A stretch of 64,000 bases of DNA from Lingula anatina (Eukaryota > Animalia > Brachiopoda), in contig CM120640.1 of assembly GCA_051362555.1 (NCBI GenBank), forward strand, positions 18,414,001-18,478,000, read 5' to 3'. Shown in pieces: positions 13,401 to 27,400 of the stretch. Below the pieces are notes generated by a model. That model had not been told where the DNA came from. It saw nothing but the letters and a program-made list of their open reading frames with translations, and ran no database searches. The position numbers and the translations under genes are program-made. Positions within the stretch are counted from its first letter, which is position 1, and each line of letters starts with the position of its first letter.

Positions 13401-16400
13401 CTCCTTTTCTTTTTACTAAAAAGTTTCTTCCAAAATGTTGCCACACATGAGCAACTTACTTTCAGACTCTCCCAGAGCCTTCATGAAGCCCTTGGCATCA
13501 TCTGTTGAAATATCTGCATTCTTTTCTCCCTCCTTATTGCTCACCAGTTTATCCATCCTTACTTCTAGTTCATCCTTCTTTTCCTGAATAATTATATAAA
13601 GTTTAAAAAAAATAGTAAGAGAAAGCAAATATTCAGACAATTAAATGAGAGCAACGACACAAAAATTTAACATTCTATATAACATGATTATTCAACATGT
13701 ATCCCCTAAACCTTAATCAATATGTAGAAGTTATTAAATCAACATGATCTTATTTGCTTCAGATCACATAAACACACACACAAACCTTGCTTTCCTCTTC
13801 TCCTTTCTCTTTGTCTTCAGCTTGAGCTTGTTTCAGTCTCAACTGCTGGAATTCATATGCAGCTTTCCGAACAAACTCAATGTACTTGGTCCTGTAAAGT
13901 AATAAATCATAACATGAAAAAAACACCATTACTTACAAGCTCAGTAATGATCTTTGCAGCATACAGTTCATTTTCTCAACCATTTTATCAAATGACAACA
14001 ATGGCTTCTATGTTATGTCAATACCTAAAAACACTGCCTACTAAAATGGTCTTTACTTTTTCTTAAGTAAGATTTCTATATGAGAGATAATTTCTTACTC
14101 GATATATGCCTCTATAAGTTCCTGTCTTAAAGTAGTGAGCTTATGCTTATATTGCTTGGGATAGCCCTTCTCCTTCATTTGAGGGCTCAGGTCATCTGCT
14201 GATGCTGGAATTAATATTTGCATTCAAATCACATTTTCCTTTCTAAAAATATGTGCATTGATCAAGGTTTTTACGCCTTCTAAATGGGGAATGGGTTGCT
14301 ACTTCCATTATGGAATACACACATCAATTATACTTTACTAAGTTCAACTCAACAGGTGTGTTTTGCTTGGGCTCTGCATCTAAATACACAAATTAAAGCC
14401 ACAATATTACTTATGACCCATCATTCATCTCATATTTTACCTGGCAGATAATTGGTGTCTGGTGGGTAAGTTCTCAATAAATCCAAGACATAGTACCGCT
14501 TATCATTCCCAATGATTCCCTAAAAAACATAAGTACAATATCAAGAATAAACAATTCCAAGAATGCCTGAGATTTGAAAATTTGGTAATCTTTTGGTTTC
14601 AATTTGCTATGTGATAACAAAGATCATAAAAAATTGTAGATTTTGACTTCTTAAGGACGTCCAATACAGAACTGTACCTCAACTTCATCAAAACATTCTT
14701 TAAAACAGCACGTGCAATCCTTGCTTTTAAATTTTAAATGAAAAGTGAAGAACTACAAACCTTGCAGTCAACTGAGGAGAACAATTCTATGACTTCATCT
14801 TTGTTGTTCACAACTCTTTAAATAGAAAATTTTTAATTAAATCATGGAACAAATAATAGAGAAAACAGTAAAATAGTCTAAAAGAGCACATTTTCAACAA
14901 TCTGTATAAAGATCCAAGTACAGAGAATATGTGAAATTCTTCCAAAGCAGCAAAAACCCAATACCTTAAGGGATTACAATTATTGTCTTATATATATATA
15001 TGTAAATACAGGGAAATTAACCCCAACAGCTAAGGAGTAATTCCTTAAGGAAATGTACTTACTTGTGAGGTTTGATCTTCAAATTTGATGAGGATTTTTT
15101 AAGCTAAAATTAATAAAAAATATCATTTAATATATAAATATTAAAATGTTGACAAAGACAGGTCCTCAAAATATATGTCAAACCCAATCTAATCAGAAGT
15201 AATGCAAAATCACAAGATATTATATTTATTAAATTTTCATCAACTCACCAGATCTCTATATTTATCATCTGTCACAACAGTTTTTCCAAAGTCAACAGAG
15301 CCATAAACTACAGACTGGTCCTGCTCCCTTTCAAGAATGCCTAAAAGATAGTACATATATCAGTAAGCTTAAAGTCTATCATCTTTTATAAGAGCAAGGG
15401 ACATGTATTTTATATAAGTAAAAACAAGGCTTCTAAAAGGGCATTTAAGTTAAAGTTTTAAAATGAGAATGAAGACAGACTAATAAAAGATGGACATCCA
15501 TTCCTGAAATTGCAGAATAATCATTTTAAACCACTTCAAAACACAGCAGCTCTTTTACACACATAGAGATCATACTCCAACAGGAGAAAAAACATTATGC
15601 CCAAGAGCCTATGCACTCCCTTCAGGCAAAATGCATTAACTGAACAGCTTTCCATTTAGTAGTGTACCTGGTATAATAGACTGAGCTGTGACTCTGTATC
15701 CTCTGTAATCTACCAGCACTGTCCCCAGGGTGTACAGGCCCTCCTGGTCCAGATTGGTGTATGCCTTCACACCCTGGAGGTCACAGGCCTGAAAATATAA
15801 CAGGTTCAGATTTATTATCTTTGGACATTTTAAAAGTAAAGTCTTGTTCAATGCCGTTAAAATTGCAGAATGGTTGGTTAAAATTTACAAATTTGTTCAG
15901 TAACTGTTTATTATTTTTTTGTTGTGGGCAAGAAGATGAAAGTTTTTGGCACACACTAGTATACAAAGACTTTCATAGCCTCAAGATAGGGACATGTGGT
16001 CTAAATACCTTGAAGCACAATTTAGATTTATAGTTCATCATAACTGAAATACATCAACTGTGGCAGTAACTGAGTAAGAAATAATTTCCCTTGGGTGATA
16101 TAGAAATCTTACTAAGGGAATGTCTTATCGTATTTGATGAAGAAAAAGATACATTTAACTTACAGGAGCAGCATATGCAGCAGCATCTCCACCAAACTCC
16201 TTGTAGTGATCCTTCACATCAAAGCCAAGGCTAAAGAAGATGTTGTTCCAGATAAACATCTGCATCCTAAAAAAAAAATTAATAAAAACAAATAGGTGTA
16301 CAATCCATTTTTAACACTGTTCAAGGAAATATGAAAAATAGCAAATTACCAAAATAACCTTGCAGCAAATATCTTATATGTTACAACGATATAGGTGCAT

Positions 16401-19400
16401 ATTCTACATTTTTAAATGAATAGGAAATACTATTAATAAAGCTTTAAGAGTGAAATACAGCAGTTTTTGGCCACAGGCTTATATTCAAAATCTTAAATTC
16501 AAGGGACCATTCAACCAAAGATGCCAAGAACAAGGTAGCATGAGGCTGTTACATCATTCAGAAATTTCTAAATCCCTCATGGCTAGGTATACAGCAACTG
16601 TCCTTTATCTTTGTCTCAAATCATTTGCTGGGTGCTTTTTGAGCATGAGCTAACAGAAATTGACAGTTTTATGAGTCTCTGCCTTGGTACCAGTTGGTAA
16701 TCAAACCCACGATCACCTTCTTCGAGGACAAAAACTAAACCCTTCAGGCATGGATGTGGGGCAATAAAAGAAACAAATGACACCCCAACCTCCCACCTGT
16801 GATTGTTTCAAAGATCACACATTGGCAGAAACTTCTCAAACCATCTTTCACACACACAATACAGCAAACAAAATCTGTCACAAAAAAATAAAGAAAATCT
16901 GTCACAGAGAGAAAGACTCCCATCCCAGCATATGTATCTATATTGCTCTGTCAACTTATAATAAGGCAATAGGCCTTTACTTACTTAGTGTCATCTCCAG
17001 GGTTGATAGCCATGACATTGCCATCTATAACTGCCATAGCACCTCTGGTGGCTGCTCCAACAAAGTCTCCATGCACCTAGAAATGAACAGCAGTGGTTTC
17101 CATCGAAAATGGCTATTTGACATGCCTCCTTTTGCTCCTAGGCCTCTAAGCATTCAATTTAACATCACAGAAAAACTAGAGCTACCATTATTTTATTTCT
17201 TTTGCATTGTTTATTTGTTACCATATTAATTTTAGCTTTTGTTTGTCTTACTTACAAGACCAATTTTAAAGTTGTTGACAAACTGAACAATATTCTGCAC
17301 AGGTACCTTGAATATGGCCCTTTCTCTCATCAATCTCTCTGGCAGTGTTTTCCTTGGCAGTTCTCTTGTTGTCTGAATCTCCTCATTCCAATCTCTAGTC
17401 TGACCTGGAATGTGTTCTTCATAACCGAGTCTGGTGGCAAAAGCTGCAACAATCAAAACCAGAAGATTTTTAATTGAAATATAATAGCTGATATATGGCA
17501 ATTAAGGATTTATGCCACATTTCCTATAGTCAATCCCTACATTATGGAGTAAAAAAATACAAAATAAATACCTTCACATTGTTAATTTATAAATTTAAAT
17601 AAAAAATAATAGCAATATTTGACTCAATAACTTTCAAAATAAAAATGGTTAAAAAAACTGCTGACATGTGTAAACAGATATGACTAGACACCTTTTCCGA
17701 TTCTTAAGTTCCTTAGACTTCATTTCACCTTCCAAAATGGATAACTGGTCTTACCATCTTCTCCTCTAATGGAGTCCACCAAATGCTCCATAGGTGGAGT
17801 CACCCAACTGTAGACTTGATACGGGCCCATCACGCGCTCAAATGGGTGCTTGAAAGCGCGCTTTTTTAACAGGATGGCAAAGTTGCGTTTAAATGCAGGA
17901 CTTATCTGAAGTAAAAAGAAAAAGATTTTGGGGAAAAAACCTTTTAATTCCATTTTAATAGAGACATGATGGCTTTCTTATACTACAGGTTTGTTACATG
18001 ATATTGATCACAAAGCCAGTAATGGAAAGAAAACCTGCCCAAGGAAGCAGGGGATCTCGAACTTGTGACAGCATACGTATTTGAAAAAAAAAAAGTTTTG
18101 TGTTTTTTGTTAGATATGTTAACAATTTTTTTTTTTTAAGACATACCTGATTCAAAAGATCAATGAGGGAGTGATAAATTTTGTTATTAACTGGACGAGG
18201 GTTGAATTCTTCATCAGTGGAGCTGAAAAAGGAACCCTTTTATGTGACCTGTGTAAGGTGATTCTTATCTCAACATTTTTACATATACAAGTAAACAAGC
18301 CTTTTAAAATGTTTCTATTAAAAGATTCTAGCAAAGCTTTTGAAGTTTCAGTTTATCACCCATGAACTTTCTACTTTCACAGATAAAATCTATTACGTGA
18401 CGACTGAAAGAAAATGAGATAATCTCAATTTTAAGCCTCTTATCGTGTGCTTACTGATTGATATAAAATCCCAGAGGACATGCTGTGATGTGGTATTTTT
18501 TGTCTTCTAGCGTCACCACATAGATGTACAACAGATCACCTGTAAGATAAGTAGCAACAATCACACTATACACCAACTGTTAAGCTGCTCAGGCCACGTA
18601 GGCGCAAGAATAACATCTTCCTACATGCTTTTTCTGCTGTGCACAACGTTTTTTTTTTTTTCAAAATGAGCAAAAATATTGTATTGATAAATTAATTTAC
18701 ACATGAAGTAGATTTACAAATGCCTTAAAATCCCACATAATTAAAATACAAAAAGAGGATACAAGAACACATTAAAAGATAACTCACTGAATTACTACTA
18801 CAACACACTCAAAACCACTAAAACCACAAGCCCACATAATATTTGACATTCAATCAACCCTCTAGCCTTTGTATGGTAATCTAATAGGCTTATTCAAAAG
18901 ACTTGGCTCAATTGGAAACTGAGCTCAACCCACACACAAGCTGGGGTATTAATTGAAAAGATCTACCCAGTGGCTGGGTTTCCTGGACTCAACTCACCAT
19001 GCAGTTTGCGATTTCCTGGAGGGGGATTCCATCCAGTTAATGTCAGCACCTTTAAGCATTTTGGGGCCTGAAAAACAAGAAGTCTCCTTGCATTGCATTC
19101 CATTGTAATATTCTTCAGTAAATCATATCCAATGCAAATAACATTCATTAATAAATTGTCCTTTTAACACTTTTTCACACCTGACATACTTTTCACTTCA
19201 CATAAACATGACAAATTGTCTGGAAGAACGACAAAAACAATTTGAACATACATACCTGCTTCAAGTATACATAGTGTTAGCATGCACCTTTATTTCCAAG
19301 AATATCTCATTTACTTAGAAAACAACTTAGAAACCACAGAGACAAAGGTGTAATTGGGGGTGGGGGATAAAAACTTTTGATCATAAAATCGCTGTGGTGA

Positions 19401-22400
19401 GGTTTCTAATGACCCTCACCTTGAGCTCCTGCAGCCCTGGGTTCAGAGGTAGAAGAGGTCTTTCCTTGCTCCCTGGCATGATGAAGTCTGGTGGTGTGCA
19501 ATCCAGGGAGTCTGGCTTCCCTTTCTTATTTTCTGGAGTAAGCAAAAAAACCAACGCTACTGAGAACAAACAGTAATGGAGGAAATCTCACAAAATAAGC
19601 TTACATAAGAAATCGAAACACATAGGATTACTATCATGCTCTGTCACTTATTAAAACTATCTTAATTACCTTGAAAAAAAACTTTAACAAGTTGTTTTTT
19701 AAATCATAAACTGCTGAAATGAAGAAACTTTCACAAATAACTATAATAGGGGAAATAACTTACCCAGTATGTCACCTGCAGTGACAAGGTTGACAAAAGA
19801 AAGGGACATTCCTTCCTGTCCATTGTACGCATCTGCATAGTCCACAGACTTCAGCAAATCTCGCACATGGCGCACATGACATTTGGCTTCGCGGATCGTG
19901 TAAGGTTCTAAAAATCAAATGCATATTATGGTTTACACACAAGTAAAAAAGCCTATCAACATTCCTGGTAATTTATAGACATATTTTGCTTCAATTTCCC
20001 CTTTTATCGGTCCAAACATTTACATTTGCTAAAAAGGTAAAAATAACTTAAAGAACTTGGTACGCATATGAATGTGGAAATTTTGTAAATATCATTTTTT
20101 TTAAATCTCTTCAAGCTTTATATCAGCTTTGGAAAAGTTCTAATATCCTAAATTCCTAATTATCAACAAATGTTATCTCTAGATGTGGCTACAGTAAAGG
20201 GCATATATATAAGTAACTGCAACACTGGTGGTGAAAAAAAAAAACTGCAAATATGTAACAAGTACACCAAATTATTTCAACAGGTATTGCTCGTGGCACC
20301 AGGTATTTTCATTCAATATCAAAACGCATGCAGACAATGAATGTTGATATAAGGAAACCGCCAGCAGTTACGTGAATGGGTGTTTACACTCAAAGTTGTA
20401 TGAAATATGCCTTACTTTATGTGACCTTACTGAACCCTTCACAGTGCACAAAAAGATACAGTTATAAAATAAACCATGGGGTAAAGAGATCGATTTCACT
20501 TTAAACACATGAAAGCATGGTTAACACACTTGGTCTAAAATAATATTACAGATTTTCCGTAGCAGCAGAAAATCAAACACTGGCCTTGTTTCTTTAATCT
20601 TATTGGAAAATGCTTTCTTTGGTCTTATCTACCATAATCTTTCAGCCAGACAGTTGCTGAAAAAGCAGGTTAAATGCACCTTTACAGTTTACACTTACAC
20701 AGAGACAGCTTTTGCCAGGTTGCACCATTGGCAACTTCAAAAGCCTTCCTTTGTGCGCATTAAACTGCTAAATTGGAGCTACATAATGACTGGGGTAATG
20801 CACTGTTAGCTGACACATAAACCAAAATCAGTGAGGCAAAGCAAGGAAAGTCGGGGGCAAGCTTGGCGTTCAGTTCAAGTTTTTGAACTTTTGAACGGGC
20901 CATTCTATAAATTTCTGGTCAAAATGCAAACAAGATTTCTCTCTCTGCAGAAATTGCCAGACTGCTTAGACTGGAATCTTTGCAACTTTATAAGTCCAAA
21001 TCAACTCATTTGATATTTGGTATTGAGCAGTTAAACAGTTACATAAGGACATTTTTTAAACAATTCCTATAAAGTCATATATGTGCAAAGAAAACATTCC
21101 AGTATTTGCAAACAAGAAAATTATGATTTAATATATAGAATTCATGTGATTCAAATACCAATTTATTATTTAAAATCTCCAACTGGCAGGTAATGGCAAT
21201 ATGATAAGTGGGGAAAAAGTTTTGTGATTGGCATTTACTCCCAGAAACTATGAAAGGCATCTGCTGGTAGCTCTATATTCTCAACAAATCACCACACCTG
21301 TATGTGTATATGGCATTTGTGTAATCAACTGGTAAAACAAACAACAGTGCTAAGGCATTTTCAGAGAAATTCGGCAAGATTTACCCCAAGCACCAAAAGT
21401 ACACCCATATAATTCCAACCCAGAATGGAGTTAGTTGCAACTGAAACAGTTGGATGATTTATGGCAGAGACAAGCCTCAAGCAACTGTTCTTAAATCCAC
21501 TGACTTAAGAGGGTGAAGAAAAATAAGGGGCATTTCCTAAGAATTTGTTGAACACAAATCTACATTACTCAACAAAGATAGCAATTCAATATGCTCCCAG
21601 TAATTCACCACAGGGTGCAAAAGTAATGATCTTCAAAGTACTATCCAGAGCAAATAAATATATATTCTGACAACACAACAAATCAAACTGAAGAACATAC
21701 CAACCAGGGACAGACTGACTATCACTGTGGTAGGTTTTTCACTGGTGCCACAAGGCACCAACACCACACAGCAAAATTATCCATCGAATATCAGTTTCAT
21801 AATCTTTTGAAAGACCTTGCTATCCAACCAGATAAATTTTGAAACCCTTATCAGCAAAAACAAACTTTCCAAGAAGTACTATTTTTGCTTATGGTATAGT
21901 CTTACTAGCAGGCAATTATTGCAATAGTGACTTACAGACATGCTGAAACTGTCGGTCCGATCAGTCATGACTGGCAAAATTTGTCTGGACCGGTAAAAAA
22001 TTGGACTTGGTCGGTACAAAGGACCGACAAGAGTTTTAAGAACCACAACTTTGAATTTACAGTCATCATTCGATAAACTTCGCTAATAAATATCTGTCTC
22101 AAACGAATAGGGTGATTTTGGGTTTGGGAAAAATCCATTCGGTCCAGAAATTTTTTCATTATTGCCAGTCCAAATGTCCGGCCATTTTTTAAAGTTTTCA
22201 GCATGTCTGGACTTAATGAAATCAATGTTTATTCAAAATCAAGTTTTACCTCTTTACCCATGCCCCCTCCTCTTAAATTTAAAAAAAAAACCTATATCCC
22301 AAAACTTTTAGTCAACAAGTTCTATCATTCTGCCCTTGAGTAGCACTTCCTGTTCACCTTACACTGATAATCTGTGCATGTGCACATACAGCATTTTTGT

Positions 22401-24411
22401 AAGTAATTCCATACATGTGGTTTGGAGATTTTATGTAAAATATGACCAAGGTTGTCTTCTACTGTCTTCAGTGGCCAACCGGCCATCAAAAAAACAATGA
22501 GCAGGTCACTGACTTACATCCTGGCAGAAGTTAATGAAATATTCCCCCTTTTTATAACAAAAAAATACATGGCTCAGAGTTTGAGACCAATGCAAATTTT
22601 CATGAAAGCAGACTAAGTAATTGTGGATTTTTTTTAACTGAACTAGACCGAGTTCTGGTTTATAAAGATTGGACCAATTTTTTTTTTTTTTTTGGACAAA
22701 ATTACTTTTGTGAAACAGACCCCAGGAGACCATCAGCACCCAAGGACCTACCTTCCACTACTTTGATCAAGGCTCCGTCTTTGAGACCTTCTATACTTTT
22801 GAGCTCAGAGAAGTTGTCCAGTGTGTTCCCTTCCAACTGCAGGGAGAAGCAGGTCCTGTGGCATGTGTCCTCTCTGTCCATTAGCACCTGGTTGATCTCC
22901 TGTACCAGCTCTAATGAGGTCACCTGAGGAAAAAAAGGAAAACTCATCAATAATCTAGAATGGGAATTGTGATAAAAGATTTATGTAGTTTACACTGATA
23001 TGTCTACACCTCTTCCTTTCAAAATTAACCAAAAATATAACATTATCCTCATACTGTTCAGAAATCTCTAACACTCTGTCTGCTACTAGAGTTGAGAGAT
23101 TAAAAAACTTATTGTTGCAATCATAGGTCTGGTTCTCTGTTTTCTTTGGGGCTATCCACATATATCGTATCACTATGTGTTTTAAAATAGAAAAACAATT
23201 GATTTTACAATTCGTCAGAAAATGTTTTTTTTTATAGATTCCATCTTCCATCTGTGTTTGTATACCATTGTGCAAGTATGCAGGAATGCACAGATTAAAC
23301 TTTTCATGGACACATCTGAAATATGCAATAAAGAGTTCTATCATGTTGACCTTGGGTGGCACTTCCTGTTCACCTTGCACTTTGTCATGTATTCCCTCTG
23401 ACCACTACATATCAATCTCATATATATAACTGTTTACAGTTAAGCCGTTTGTACAAGAAAGCAAAGCTAAGCCATAACTGATCAGGGCCTTGCTTTTACA
23501 CATAACTGCGGTTTTTGGGGCTTGGACTGTGAAAATTGTGAACCTGAATCACTTAATGACATTTCTGTGGTACAAATCTTTAAAGTTAAAACAAGGCAGC
23601 AAAGCTGTCAAATGTACAGACAAAAAACAGAAAATAAAGATGCAAAAAAGGTCATTTTGTCAATTTTGATGCAATAATAAATAATGCTTATAATAGCACT
23701 GTCAGTCAACACTGAATTTTAATCATGCACAACAGGTAACATGGTCAATAACAGGAGCGGACCCTGAGATATTTTCTGACAGTATTCCAAAGTATCTATG
23801 TTGATCCATCCTCCATTTTGATGGTCTTCCAACAGAAAAAAATAGATACCAGTCATTATAAACTTAATAACCTGTCTTCAAGAAGACCCAGAAGATGGTC
23901 TCAATCCACCCCTTCAATAAGATTACAGTTTCAGGACCATGAGAGACTATAGTCACATGATGAAAGTCTCAATATTTGAAAAATGATGACAGTGCATAAA
24001 ATAATTTTATATAATGTTTAAAGACATAAAAAACAATACAATTGCTTATGTGGAAATACAGAAAATGTGCAGAGCCTCGAGCGGATGAGAGTTAAAAGTC
24101 ACAAATGCAAGTGTTTGAGAAAAAATTGTAAAGGAAAACCTAACAAAACTAGAAAACCACCAAGAGTGCAGACCTCTGCCAAGGCAGCAATTGTTGATTA
24201 TTGTTGATTATTGAGCCAGACCACCACTAAAAACTAATCATTGTCCTCTTTGGCCCAATTCTGACAGTTCCTGAAAATTTCAGCAAAATCGGTCCATAAC
24301 TTTTTGAGTTATGTTGATGACAGACAAACAGGGGTGAAAATATAACCTCCTAGGCAGAGCCTGAGGTAAATATAATTTCAATGAAGCTGCCATTCAAACT
24401 TTTAATCTTTG

Positions 24412-24461
<50 letters not shown>

Positions 24462-27400
24462 CCTGCATAATTATCACTGCTTCCTTATTATTAATCTAGC
24501 AGAGAGCTTAACTTTTGGGAGTTTACAAGGAAATATCAACAAGTGTGCTTTATGTAATCTCCTTTAATGGCCTATCAATTAGGCAAATGACTTTATAACT
24601 CAGAAATTAGCTACGTGATACCCAAGGGATATTAACAGACTGACCCTCTCAAAGGTCTTTCAGGCCCATAAGTCACATCTTAAGAAAAGCACAAAACAAT
24701 AATGCACAAAATAGGAGACTACCAATTCTGATGCAATAATACATTATGTTTTACTGCACAGTCAACATCAAATTTTAATTATGCACAACAGGTAACAACG
24801 ACGAAAGTAAAAGCATAAGGCTTCAGGCCCATCAGAGTTTAAGTTTATACTTAGAAAGTGCCAGACTGAGAAAAATGAAAATTTCACACAAAATTGCATA
24901 AATTCAATAATAAATGATAACCCAATTGACCTGGCTTTCTAATTGAACTGCATGCCAATCCTAAAAATCATACTTGTAAGTTAAAAATAATAATAATAAG
25001 TAACACAGTTTTCTTTTCATAATGTTTGCAGTAGCAATGCAAAAATATTGTTGTCAATTTTGATGTAACATTACATAATAAATTATAGAATAATTATCAC
25101 CAATCTTTGATTATTGACAATAAATAGCATGGACATGTAGAAAATTTGATTACCATTCGGCTTCATGTCCATGGGAGCTCCGAGTCCCACAATGAATATG
25201 CCAAAAAGATAATGAATATTTCACTCAAATGTATAACTTCCTGAAAAAGAAGCCAATTAGACTGCTTTTCCAACTCATTCTGCATTTTAGTCCTGTGTTT
25301 CTTTTTTAAAGGTTTGACAGTCATAACACGGTTTTCCCATAATGCTCATCATAGCAGCAGCACCAAAAATTGTGTTTTCTTCTATTTTGATGCAATATTA
25401 CATAATGCTTAATAGCATAATGACCATCAATTTTTAATAATAGAATATTAGTAACATGGACATTCAGAAAACGTGACAAGCAAAGGTCTTCAGGATCATG
25501 GAACTTCAAAGTCACACCTTAAAAATGCCAATAAGTGAAAAATTAAATTTTCACAAAAAACTGTTTAACTGCCAGAAAAAATTAACAAACAGACTGCATT
25601 GCCTACTGAAGCTGTATTTTAGACCCATGTTTCTTTCCTGTAAGTTTGAAAACAGTAAGTGACATGGTTTTTCTTAAATGGTCATCATGGGAGCAGTGCC
25701 CAAAATAGGGGTTTCTTTAAGTTTTGATGCAATATTACATAATGTTTAACAGCACATTGACCATCAATTTTTAATCATAAAATATTAGTATCATGAATAT
25801 TCAGAAAATGTGATTAGCAAAGGTCTGCAGGCTCATGAAATTTCAAAGTCACATCTTAAAAATGCCAAAATGTAAACAAGACAGCACTGTTCTGAAATGG
25901 GTTTATTTCCATTTTTAACATTTTTTAAACATAAAACAAAATAAACAGTTTGTTGCCATTTTTATATGACCAACTAAGAAAATTGATGAGATGGGAAAAA
26001 TATCAATAGAACAGTGTTTAATGTCCAATTTCCTCCATTCTGAGATTCTGAACATAGTGGATGATTGAATCTGACAAACTGCAATGATGAGTTTATTACC
26101 ATTTTTGACAGTTTATTACACAATACACGATATTAAGTTTACCATCATTTTTACACAATCAATTAACAATGTTGTAAAGATGCAGGAAATATCAAACAAA
26201 CACTTTTACGTATCTTATTAGTTAAATAATGAGACTGTTAACATGCCTAATAATTGAATCTGAGGAAATGTGAAAAAACAGCATAAATTCTAAAATAAAG
26301 GCCCGATCATGCTGATTTTCGAACTTGACCTGCGTATTATGAATATCCATCAGTTCTGTTAGTTTCAAGCCAAAAGGTAAAATGTTATTTCACTTATCGT
26401 GTTATCGGTGTTGCATATATGCTGAGAAAAGTGAAAAAACAGCGTAACTTCCCTAAAAATGACCCGATCATGCTGATTTTCGAACTTGACCTGCGGATTA
26501 TGAATATTCATCAGTTTTGTAAGTTTCAAGCCAAAAAGTAAAATGGTTTTCCACTTATCGTGTTATCGGTGCTGCATATATGCTGAAAAAAGTGAAAAAA
26601 CAGCATGACTTCCCTAAAAATGGCCCGATCATGCTGATTTTCGAACTTGACCTGCGTATTAGGAATATTCACCAGTTCTGTAAGTTTCAAGCCAAAAGCA
26701 AAAACGGTGTTCCACTTATCGTGTTATCGGTAAAAGTGCACGACGGCGACGACGGCGCCGACGGCGACGACAGACGCAGATGATGGCTATATGTACAGAC
26801 ACATCTGTGTCTGTACATAAAAACTGACAACAAATGCAGATGAAAGTCCTTAAGACTACTGTCACCTCTAAAAATTCAAACTTGGTGTCAAGACAAGAAG
26901 AACTTGGGACCCAGTTTAGTTTTTAGACCACCAAAGAGTTGCCAACAAGATTCTCTGTGAAACCCATCTTAGCCTGCTAAAATTCACTTAGGAAAAAATA
27001 GATATCTAGATAAAGTAAGTTCATCTGTGAAATAAAGCCCCATTTTAGACACAGTATCAGCAATTTTCTTTTCAATCCAACAAGCATCTGCACAGCATAA
27101 ATTCCCTACAATTTACCAGTTGAATTCTTTAGCCAGTTTGGATTTGGACCTTCTAATCTCAGTGTGAACGCGGCCCTGAAGGCAGACCTGGGTTGTGTAC
27201 AGTCTACCTTATCACACAGGTACACCCCCAAATCAGACCCGAGCCTCCACCTAAACACACATTGCTATCACTGGGGAAAACAGTTTACATTATAATCTAA
27301 ACACTGCTCTTTGCCAGTATTTTGCACTATATGGAAAAGCATAAGCACAGATCACTACTTTAATTACCATTTGGCCAGCTGTTGCTTATTACCCCAATGC

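Noticed and set aside
14919-14927. Exact METTL16 target nonamer TACAGAGAA near the METTL16 gene
   Set aside because: It lies antisense within a CLUH intron with no evident hairpin, and one 9-mer hit in 64 kb of AT-rich DNA is unremarkable.
16590-16750. tRNA-like sequence (AATCAAACCCACGATC)
   Set aside because: No cloverleaf; at most a decayed SINE fragment. Similar weak SINE-like traces near 40320-40440, 46840-46960 and 62560-62660 were too degraded to call.
22955-23380. 141-aa ORF, and the many other 60-150 aa ORFs in introns, antisense to exons or in 56-63 kb
   Set aside because: No recognisable motifs and low-complexity AT-rich composition. Most are chance ORFs or intron read-through extensions of real exons.
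26260-26730. Regularly spaced repeats as a CRISPR array
   Set aside because: The whole 161-bp unit repeats with no unique spacers, the context is a eukaryotic intron and there are no cas genes.
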